Notes under the pieces: model-generated
Seen by the model: only the letters and a program-made list of their open reading frames with translations
The model's database searches: none
Told to the model about the DNA's origin: nothing
Part shown: piece by piece, positions 1 to 6,289 of the stretch
How the letters are laid out: each line of letters starts with the position of its first letter
How positions within the stretch are numbered: the first letter of the stretch is position 1
Program-made: the position numbers and the translations under genes
Source: a virus
Lineage: Duplodnaviria; Heunggongvirae; Uroviricota; Caudoviricetes
IMG/VR virus record: IMGVR_UViG_2648501669_000014
Length of the DNA: 6,981 bases
Strand: one strand, 5' to 3'

Positions 1-7
1 GTTTTAG

Positions 8-352
8 TTGACCACAACAATTAGCCTGATTCGAAACAAGCAATTCGATAAATCTGATGTGAAAATCGAGATGGTTTTCCTTAACCCCAACACGGGCAAG
101 GTTGAAACTACTTACCCTGTTTTCCGTGGGGTAGTCGATTCCATCGGTATTAACATCGAACATGAAGATGATGAGTGTAAAAACGAATCAGAATTTCAGC
201 TTAATAGTATCTGGGAAGTTCTAGATAAAAACGCTCGTAGTCATGCCTCCGATGGTATCCACCGATCCTATGTTGGAAACGAGAACGATCTATTCTTCTC
301 TCGTGCCGGGAAGTGGCAAAGCGAGTCGAAGTGGTTTAGCTCTAAGAAATAA
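8..352 (+). CDS. Hypothetical protein in the tail module (start uncertain: TTG 8, GTG 59 or ATG 71)
   Basis: Open frame ending TAA 350..352. All three + frames have stops within nt 1..24, so the gene starts inside the window. No clear SD before any candidate start. No HxH (JAB) or Cys cluster seen. Sits directly upstream of the K-like gene. Confidence 0.45.
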   Translation: MTTTISLIRNKQFDKSDVKIEMVFLNPNTGKVETTYPVFRGVVDSIGINIEHEDDECKNESEFQLNSIWEVLDKNARSHASDGIHRSYVGNENDLFFSRAGKWQSESKWFSSKK

Positions 353-398
353 TCCCTTCTCCCTAAGCCTAGTAAATAACAGCATGGAGGTATTCAAC

Positions 399-818
399 AT
401 GCTAAAAACTAGGCTTATCACCGATTACATCAATTCTTTAATAGGTCAGGAGTTCGTTCAAGGCGAGAATGATTGCAATCTCATTGCATGTAAGATCATC
501 GATATTCTCGCTGGTACTGACCTATATAATTCTCTTTATAAAAAATATTCAACTAAAGAAGAAGGCTTGAAAATCTGCAAAGAATTAAGCGGATATTCAA
601 ACATCCTTCAACCAATAAAGAAACATTTCAAATTAGTCACTGATGATTTACAGGACGGCGACTTACTGGTCACAGCCCACAAATTAGGAAACCGTAATTA
701 TTATTCCGTAGTTCCTCATTATTCCGGTTATGGCCTCGTTGAAGAAGATGGTATCTGGATGACCATTCCTGTTTCAGACATTGACTATGAACAAGTTTAT
801 AGATTCGGGGGTGAATAA
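399..818 (+). CDS. Tail assembly protein K-like NlpC/P60 (C40) cysteine peptidase, 139 aa
   Basis: ATG 399 lies 8 nt after GGAGG (386..390). The product has a D-C-N-L-I catalytic-Cys-like motif near the N-terminus and a later GDLLVTAH/VVPHY region consistent with the NlpC/P60 Cys...His...His order. Stop TAA 816..818 overlaps the next ATG (TAATG). Position before the J-like gene matches lambda K. No JAB/MPN motif present. Confidence 0.75.
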   Translation: MLKTRLITDYINSLIGQEFVQGENDCNLIACKIIDILAGTDLYNSLYKKYSTKEEGLKICKELSGYSNILQPIKKHFKLVTDDLQDGDLLVTAHKLGNRNYYSVVPHYSGYGLVEEDGIWMTIPVSDIDYEQVYRFGGE

Positions 819-3800
819 TGGGATTTGAAATATTGGTAGGCGCGGTGATCGCTGGTGCTTCGGCGGGGATGGCGGCAGCCGCAACATTTTCTGTTATGAC
901 CGCAGTCGCTATCGGTATGGCTGCTGGTGCAATGACCTTGATCGCTTCCACTGTAGGCGCACCAAAAACACCTAAAGTACAAAGCCCAGATAATGCGGTG
1001 ACACTAGGAACATCAAACGATCCGAAGACAGTATTACCCGTTCTTTTCGGTGTTACCCGTACTGGTACAAACTGCGTTTACAAAGCAATTTCTAAAAGAG
1101 AAAACAATAAGTTAGTGCAAATCTTCGCTGTAGCAGAGGGTGAAATCGACCACTACAAAGCACTGTTTATCGATAATAAAAATGTTCTTGTTGGTAAGAA
1201 CATGACGATCCGTGATGGCATTCTCGATAAGGGCAACATTAAAGAAGAATACCGGAAAGTGTTGGAGGTTGAGTTCCGCACGGGTAAGAATCCTAACACC
1301 GCTTTGTCACTGGCAAAACAGCATTTAGGCTCAGACTGGACCGATGCTTACAAGGGTAACGGCATTGCAACCATGTGTATTGTGTTACGTCGTGATGACA
1401 AATCTCTTGCTGCTGGTGTTGATATCCTTCAACCAAATAGCCAAGTGGCAGTCGATGTTATGGGCTTAAAGATTCGTAACCTTGAAACCAATGCTATTGA
1501 GGCTAGCACTAACGGCGTGGACCAGATTTTCCACTACCTAACAAATGAAAAATATGGCTTATCCGTACCAATTGAAAACATTAACGTTGATTCATTCCTG
1601 AAAGTACGTAAGCAAGTACGCCAGATGGATTTGCATTCAAACGGTGCATGTGATCCGAACGCCAGCTTTAAAGAGAACTTAACTAGCCTTATGCAGACTT
1701 TCGGCGGGGTGATGTTCGAATCCTTCGGAAGAATTACCCTGAAACTGGATGCTCCTGATATTGTTAAGCATACCTTCAATGAAGACAATATCATGATGGG
1801 TAAGGTATCACTGAAAACAGGTGGCACTAACGGTTATTTCAATACCATTAACGCGATGTATCAGGAACCATCAATTGACTATTCCGAGCAAATGCTACGT
1901 TATCCGGCTGATGCTGAAAACGATGCTACTATTCGTCAAGATGGTCGAATTATCGCTAAAGATATTGAATATCGTTTTGTTAAGTCTAAAGCCCAGATTG
2001 ATAAACTTGCGAGTGTAGAACGAAATAAATCTCGTATCACTCAGGTTATCAGCTTTATGACTACTGACGCATTCACTGCCGAAGTTTGGGACGTTATCAG
2101 CGTAACCTATGATGAATTGAAACTGAATAATTCACTTTGGCGTATTACCGCAATTGATCGTTCTATTGATTCTGGTATTGCTGGGATGATGACTATCACC
2201 GCTACAGAATATAATTCTCAGGTTTATACTGACCTGAACTATGCGGCAACTCCAGACAATAGACCAAGTGGTTTACCGGATTCAATGACAGTACAGAAGC
2301 CTACTAATTTCAGAATTAAGGCAACTGGCGAGACGATTTACGGTAAAAACGTTACTTTGACATGGGATGCACCGGAAGATTTTAACCGCTACGGCTTCCA
2401 GATTGATTACCGTGTAAGCGGATCACCTAACTGGATTAAGTTGGGACAGACTTCACAGCAAATTTTCAGTGTCAATGCACTGGCAAAAGATCGTTCCTAC
2501 GATTATCGAGTTTGTGCTTTCGGTATCATCGCGCGATCCGATTGGGTAGAACTGGTTAACCAGAATCCTACCGTTACCTATGAATTGCCGACTCCGGTTA
2601 TTCGAATCAAAAATCAGGGTAGCACGCCAGGAACTTTCGAAGGTAATGATCTGATTATCGAATGGGAAAACCAGCAACAATTAGATGTGATGATCAACGG
2701 TGAAACTAACAAGTTTAGTGACCTGTTTGAAGCATACATTATCAAGGTGACTAACAAGGCTGGTAAGTCTATTCAGTACCGTACCCGCGATCCTGAATCA
2801 TGGACTTATACGCTTGATATGAACCAGTTTAACGGCCTTTCGCGTCAACTGACGGTAGAAGTATCAGCTAAGGGCTATAACAACTCAGAGAGCGCCCCAG
2901 CGCGTTTAGTGGCTATCAACCCACAACATAAGCCAATGAAAGGTTTTAGTGCGCGTGGTGGCTTTAATACTGCGTTTGTTAGCTGGGCGGATGACGTAGA
3001 ACATGACTATGCAGGGTCAATCATCCAGTATGCAACCGACAACACTTTCTCAGATGCAAGGGCAGTAAGCACGAATAGTGTTAGCCATACTTCCTTTGAT
3101 ATTGCTGACGGTGATTATTATATCCGTGGTGCTCACTACGATATTTTCGGTATGGATGATGCTGTTTGGTCTGAACCGTATTTCATGCAAATGAAATCTA
3201 CCATTAGCTGGGACGATCAGGACAAAGAAGCACTGGAAGACCTGATTGGTTTACAAGATCGCTTAGATGAAACCATCGCTGATGCTATTGCTCAAGCTGG
3301 CGCTAATGCCGATGCTAAAATTGATGCAATGCATAAGCAAATCACTACCGAGACGGGTAAAACTGTTCAAGCCTCAGCCGATACCTTAAAGAGTCTGATT
3401 GCTTCTGGTGATAAGGCAAGTTCAACTAAGATTGATCAGGTTAAAGCTGAACTGAAAGGCGATATCACCAAAGAAGTTAGCGCCTCCGCTACAACCCTGA
3501 AACAAGCTATTGCTACCAGTGAAGCAGCAAGCGCAAGTAAGATTGACCAAGTTCGGGTAGAAATGGATGGCAAGATTGCTGGTGTGAATCAGGAAGCGGA
3601 CGTTAAGATCGATGCTTTGAAGGGAACCATTAACAGCAAATACAATCTAGCAGTTAATGCAGATGGTCGCGTGGCTGGCATTCACATGAGCGCAACTAAC
3701 GATCCGGCACAACCGACTAAAATCATCTTTACGGCTGATAAAATTGCTGTAGCTCCGCAGAACGGGACCGATGTTTGCCCGTTTGGTATCGAAGGTAACA

Positions 3801-4594
3801 AGGTTTATCTCGATAATGCGATGATTCGTAATGCCTCAATCGGATCAGCACAGATTACTGATGCTAGTATCACCACGGCTAAAATTGGCAATGCTGCGAT
3901 CAATTCAGCGAAAATCCAAGACGGCGCGATCACCAACGCCAAGATTGTAAATGGCGCAATTGATAACGCTAAAATCGGTAACTATATCCAGTCTTCCAAC
4001 TGGAACGGATCTACCGGATGGCATATCAATAAGAACGGTAGTGCTACGTTCATGAACGCTACCGTTAAAGGTAATATCACGGCTGATTCCGGTACTCTGA
4101 ACAACGTCACGATTAACTCTAGCTGTGTTATTAAGGGTATGCTTGAAGCTACTCAGGTTAAGGGTGATTTCGTTAAGGTGATTGGTCGTAAGTTCCCACA
4201 CCGTGATGTTAACGTTGATAATGGTTATGGTGGCTATCCGCAAGGTACAGTAACCGTTCGCGTTGAAGATGATCACAAGTTCGATCGTCAAATCGTTATT
4301 CCGGCAATTAGTTTTGGTGGATTGCGAGCGCGTGAAGGGTCGAACAATAATACCTATTACGACACCTGTCGCCTGATTGTTCGTAAGAATGGGTCAGAGT
4401 TGTATAATAGGGCGTATGGCGGTAATACTGGTCTTTACTCAGGTGTTATTGATATGCCAGCGGGTAAAGGTGCTGTGACCTTGACCTTTGAAGTGCAATC
4501 AAGCGCAATCAACAACTGGACGCCTAGCACATGGATCAGTGATTTAACTGTAATGGTAACTAAAAAAGCTACTACGGGTATTACTGTTTCTTAA
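818..4594 (+). CDS. Central tail fibre / host specificity protein, lambda gpJ family (1258 aa), with a gpI-C-terminal-like hydrophobic N-terminal module
   Basis: Uninterrupted 3777-nt ORF with GGGGG SD at 806..810. The C-terminal ~180 aa are colinear with my recollection of the lambda J C-terminus (SGTLNNVTI, DDHKFDRQIVIP, VIDMPAGKGAVTLTF, VMVTKK...GITVS versus lambda SGTLSNVTI, DDHPFDRQIVVLP, IVDMPAGRGNVILTF, VMVIKK...GISVV). Central FN3-like repeats (about 2260..3200). The first ~95 aa are a Gly/Ala-rich hydrophobic stretch ending in VLPVLFG, resembling the lambda gpI C-terminus (VLPVLYG). Confidence 0.93.
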   Translation: MGFEILVGAVIAGASAGMAAAATFSVMTAVAIGMAAGAMTLIASTVGAPKTPKVQSPDNAVTLGTSNDPKTVLPVLFGVTRTGTNCVYKAISKRENNKLVQIFAVAEGEIDHYKALFIDNKNVLVGKNMTIRDGILDKGNIKEEYRKVLEVEFRTGKNPNTALSLAKQHLGSDWTDAYKGNGIATMCIVLRRDDKSLAAGVDILQPNSQVAVDVMGLKIRNLETNAIEASTNGVDQIFHYLTNEKYGLSVPIENINVDSFLKVRKQVRQMDLHSNGACDPNASFKENLTSLMQTFGGVMFESFGRITLKLDAPDIVKHTFNEDNIMMGKVSLKTGGTNGYFNTINAMYQEPSIDYSEQMLRYPADAENDATIRQDGRIIAKDIEYRFVKSKAQIDKLASVERNKSRITQVISFMTTDAFTAEVWDVISVTYDELKLNNSLWRITAIDRSIDSGIAGMMTITATEYNSQVYTDLNYAATPDNRPSGLPDSMTVQKPTNFRIKATGETIYGKNVTLTWDAPEDFNRYGFQIDYRVSGSPNWIKLGQTSQQIFSVNALAKDRSYDYRVCAFGIIARSDWVELVNQNPTVTYELPTPVIRIKNQGSTPGTFEGNDLIIEWENQQQLDVMINGETNKFSDLFEAYIIKVTNKAGKSIQYRTRDPESWTYTLDMNQFNGLSRQLTVEVSAKGYNNSESAPARLVAINPQHKPMKGFSARGGFNTAFVSWADDVEHDYAGSIIQYATDNTFSDARAVSTNSVSHTSFDIADGDYYIRGAHYDIFGMDDAVWSEPYFMQMKSTISWDDQDKEALEDLIGLQDRLDETIADAIAQAGANADAKIDAMHKQITTETGKTVQASADTLKSLIASGDKASSTKIDQVKAELKGDITKEVSASATTLKQAIATSEAASASKIDQVRVEMDGKIAGVNQEADVKIDALKGTINSKYNLAVNADGRVAGIHMSATNDPAQPTKIIFTADKIAVAPQNGTDVCPFGIEGNKVYLDNAMIRNASIGSAQITDASITTAKIGNAAINSAKIQDGAITNAKIVNGAIDNAKIGNYIQSSNWNGSTGWHINKNGSATFMNATVKGNITADSGTLNNVTINSSCVIKGMLEATQVKGDFVKVIGRKFPHRDVNVDNGYGGYPQGTVTVRVEDDHKFDRQIVIPAISFGGLRAREGSNNNTYYDTCRLIVRKNGSELYNRAYGGNTGLYSGVIDMPAGKGAVTLTFEVQSSAINNWTPSTWISDLTVMVTKKATTGITVS
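3301..3625 (+). repeat. Imperfect periodic repeats (about 111-114 nt, 37-38 aa) encoding a KID-x-[VA] motif-bearing, Ala/Ser/Thr/Lys-rich, probably helical segment of the J-like protein
   Basis: AKIDAM (about 3313), TKIDQV (about 3428), SKIDQV (about 3539) and VKIDAL (about 3604) recur with similar flanking ...SA.TLK..IA.S context. The DNA pair actaagattgatcaggtt / agtaagattgaccaagtt is visible directly. Confidence 0.6.
3818..3982 (+). repeat. In-frame tandem 30-nt repeats (5-6 copies) encoding a 10-aa unit A-K-I-x-[ND]-[AG]-A-I-x-x inside the J-like gene
   Basis: Translation reads ...AMIRNASIGS AQITDASITT AKIGNAAINS AKIQDGAITN AKIVNGAIDN AKIGNY... with codon boundaries at 3818, 3848, 3878, 3908, 3938, 3968. 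Confidence 0.85.
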
Positions 4595-4612
4595 AAATTT
4601 AATTTTAATAAT

Positions 4613-4655
4613 TAATCCCGCTTAATTCTTTTGAGTTAGGCGGGATTATTTTTAT
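4613..4655 (+). terminator. Rho-independent terminator downstream of the J-like gene
   Basis: taatcccgc (4613..4621) pairs with gcgggatta (4640..4648); the stem extends by U-G/A-T pairs to about 13 bp with a roughly 10-nt loop. Followed by TTTTTAT (4649..4655). Lies 19 nt after the J stop. Confidence 0.8.
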
Positions 4656-4698
4656 CTAAATAATTCTGCCATGAAATTATAAAAATATCGGGGGCGTA

Positions 4699-4977
4699 AT
4701 GACTGAAATTATATATGGCGGTATCGGTGTTATCGCCTTAATTTGCGGTGGTCTTTGGAGACTTCACCGAAATCAATTAGCAACTGAAAATAGGTTATCT
4801 AAATTGGAATCCAGCGACGCATTGTTAAACCAGAAGTTTGAGACGATGCAGAATAACCATACTCAGATTGCTGAACGTGTTTACCAAATGGAACAAACAC
4901 TACACGGTATAGAGAAGAAAGTGGTTGCGATGGATGCTAAATTTGACCAAGTTCTCGACATACTCAAACAAAAATAA
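4699..4977 (+). CDS. Small membrane-anchored protein, 92 aa: N-terminal TM helix plus C-terminal predicted coiled coil; function unknown
   Basis: ATG 4699 is preceded by GGGGG (4690..4694). Residues 4-20 (IIYGGIGVIALICGGLW) are hydrophobic and followed by RLHR, which by the positive-inside rule puts the C-terminus in the cytoplasm. The remainder is heptad-like and charged (LSKLESSDALLNQKFETMQ...). Confidence 0.7.
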   Translation: MTEIIYGGIGVIALICGGLWRLHRNQLATENRLSKLESSDALLNQKFETMQNNHTQIAERVYQMEQTLHGIEKKVVAMDAKFDQVLDILKQK

Positions 4978-4995
4978 TAATAAAGGGGTGAATAT

Positions 4996-5166
4996 ATGAA
5001 GAATAAACTTAAGAAATATTTTGGTTATCTCTTGATTGTCGCCCTCACTTATAACGTAGCTATTAGACCTCTGCTAACGTCCTTTGGGCTTGAACTCCCG
5101 GCTATGACCGTGGATGAACAATTGCTAAGGACACTGGCGGGGGTCTTTTCGTTATTAGGGGGCTAA
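4996..5166 (+). CDS. Small hydrophobic protein, 56 aa (not in the supplied ORF track); function unknown
   Basis: ATG 4996 lies 7 nt after AAAGGGG (4982..4988). My translation is MKNKLKKYFGYLLIVALTYNVAIRPLLTSFGLELPAMTVDEQLLRTLAGVFSLLGG, ending TAA 5164..5166. Basic N-terminus then a hydrophobic helix; no Cys, so not a lipoprotein. Stop is 1 nt before the next ATG. Confidence 0.5.
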   Translation: MKNKLKKYFGYLLIVALTYNVAIRPLLTSFGLELPAMTVDEQLLRTLAGVFSLLGG

Positions 5167-5167
5167 C

Positions 5168-5851
5168 ATGGCAACCAGTACCAATAAACGAAACGCTCTA
5201 AGGACTAAGAAAGCGTTACGGCAATGGTCTGAAAAGGCAACCGATACATTCGAAAGGGCACTAGGGGAAGGGGCGATCTTTGCTTCCAGAGCACTCCAGA
5301 AGAAGATTAACAAGAATGTTGATAGACCTACTCGATGGACTCAACAAGCTGTAGGTAATACCAACTACAAGAACCGATCAGGGACGAGACACCAAATCTT
5401 CATCAAGGGCGCAAGGGATAAGGACAAGAAGATCGGCAGTCAGGATGACTATCTGAAACACTATTTCGATGGTGGCAAAATCAATAAGCTAGTGCCAATC
5501 GCTAACGGTAAGGTCTTAGACGCCCACGGGAACATTAAGGCCATCAAAGGCGGTAAGATGATGCGTAACATCGAAAACGGCAACTTCATCAAGGTAGAAA
5601 ACAAGGAAGGAACTTTTATCATGAAGAAGTACAAGCCTAAGAAATCCCGAACCAAACGCGCTAGGAATGGATCGGCGGTGGCAAAACGTCGCTTAGAGAA
5701 ACGCATCCAGAAACAGAGTAAGCGAATTGTTGCCGTTAAGTCGGATAAAATTTCTACTCGTTATTCGACGCTAGGATCGTGGGAAAGCAACGAGGAAATG
5801 ATGCTTAAGAACATTAATAAGCACATTAAATCGCGCATGAGATACGTTTAA
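5168..5851 (+). CDS. Highly basic Lys/Arg-rich protein, 227 aa; function unknown (candidate nucleic-acid-binding or injected protein)
   Basis: ATG 5168 is preceded by GGGGG (5157..5161). Hand count is about 36 K and 21 R against about 19 D+E, so strongly net positive. No motif I recognise. The antisense ORF 5461..5706 is rejected. Confidence 0.75.
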   Translation: MATSTNKRNALRTKKALRQWSEKATDTFERALGEGAIFASRALQKKINKNVDRPTRWTQQAVGNTNYKNRSGTRHQIFIKGARDKDKKIGSQDDYLKHYFDGGKINKLVPIANGKVLDAHGNIKAIKGGKMMRNIENGNFIKVENKEGTFIMKKYKPKKSRTKRARNGSAVAKRRLEKRIQKQSKRIVAVKSDKISTRYSTLGSWESNEEMMLKNINKHIKSRMRYV

Positions 5852-5861
5852 TCCATAAATA

Positions 5862-5883
5862 CCCTCATAGAATCTTATGGGGG
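5862..5883 (+). promoter_or_regulatory. Intergenic stem-loop that pairs with the SD of the 5890 gene (possible translational control or RNA-stability element)
   Basis: ccctcata (5862..5869) pairs with tatggggg (5876..5883), 8 bp including one U-G, loop gaatct. The right arm contains the GGGGG SD (5879..5883) 6 nt before ATG 5890. No U-tract follows, so it is not a typical terminator. Confidence 0.35.
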
Positions 5884-5889
5884 TATAAC

Positions 5890-6237
5890 ATGGCTAAAAA
5901 TATTTTCACTGAATTTCCTACTTATCCGGTCGATCAGCTTTCCGGTATTTTTATTAATGGCATTAGTCCAGAATCAATGACTTATGATTTTGAGGCGAAG
6001 AGAGTTAAACATAAACAATATAAAGAATGTATCCGCGATCATGAAAAAGGGACCGTGTTTTGTGTCGCTACATTGGCTAAACGTCCTAAGTATCGTTTTC
6101 GTGTCGGGCAAGAAGTCGATGTAGTTAATCCTTATAGTTTTAACTGTCTGGGTGATGCACGCGCGGTGTGTGTAGGCACAACTAATTACTACATTAAAGG
6201 ACTCAGATTTACCGGGTATATAATGGAATACATCTAA
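5890..6237 (+). CDS. Hypothetical protein, 115 aa; function unknown
   Basis: ATG 5890 with GGGGG SD. Last gene before the second terminator. The overlapping antisense ORF 5974..6318 lacks supporting signals. Confidence 0.65.
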   Translation: MAKNIFTEFPTYPVDQLSGIFINGISPESMTYDFEAKRVKHKQYKECIRDHEKGTVFCVATLAKRPKYRFRVGQEVDVVNPYSFNCLGDARAVCVGTTNYYIKGLRFTGYIMEYI

Positions 6238-6251
6238 CTCTAATAAATACG

Positions 6252-6280
6252 AGCGACCAATTTCGGTCGCTTTTTTATTT
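6252..6280 (+). terminator. Rho-independent terminator after the four-gene cassette
   Basis: agcgacc (6252..6258) pairs with ggtcgct (6265..6271), 7-bp GC-rich stem with a 6-nt loop, followed by TTTTTTATTT (to 6280). It abuts the GGAGG SD (6281..6285) of the next gene. Confidence 0.8.
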
Positions 6281-6289
6281 GGAGGAATC

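Noticed and set aside
243-398. N-terminal extension of the K-like ORF to ATG 243 (or ATG 384) as given in the ORF track
   Set aside because: The extension overlaps the 3' end of ORF 8..352, looks like non-coding translation (S/L/P/R-rich) and has no SD, whereas ATG 399 has GGAGG 8 nt upstream and immediately precedes the NlpC/P60 motif.
8-818. Programmed frameshift joining ORF 8..352 to the K-like frame
   Set aside because: It would need a +1 shift within 243..352 and I see no slippery heptamer or stimulatory structure; two separate genes is the simpler reading.
670-4291. Minus-strand ORFs 670..951, 797..982, 1534..1827, 2453..2680, 3905..4291 and plus-strand ORF 1821..2018
   Set aside because: All lie inside and antisense to, or out of frame with, the well-supported K-like and J-like genes; no independent start signals; typical spurious ORFs.
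4656-4698. Promoter for the cassette in the AT-rich spacer after the first terminator
   Set aside because: Several TATAAA-like hexamers are present but none has a convincing -35 partner, so I cannot place a promoter with confidence.
4699-5166. Interpretation as an i-spanin/o-spanin (Rz/Rz1) lysis pair, or as a Cor/Llp-type lipoprotein
   Set aside because: The second protein has no cysteine or lipobox, the first is predicted N-out/C-in with a cytoplasmic coiled coil, and no holin or endolysin is adjacent.
6196-6224. Possible sigma-70 promoter (TATAAT at 6219..6224) inside the 3' end of the 115-aa gene that could drive the Cys-rich gene
   Set aside because: No acceptable -35 at 16-18 bp spacing and no TG extended -10; a transcript from here would run straight into the terminator hairpin. 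Left as unproven.
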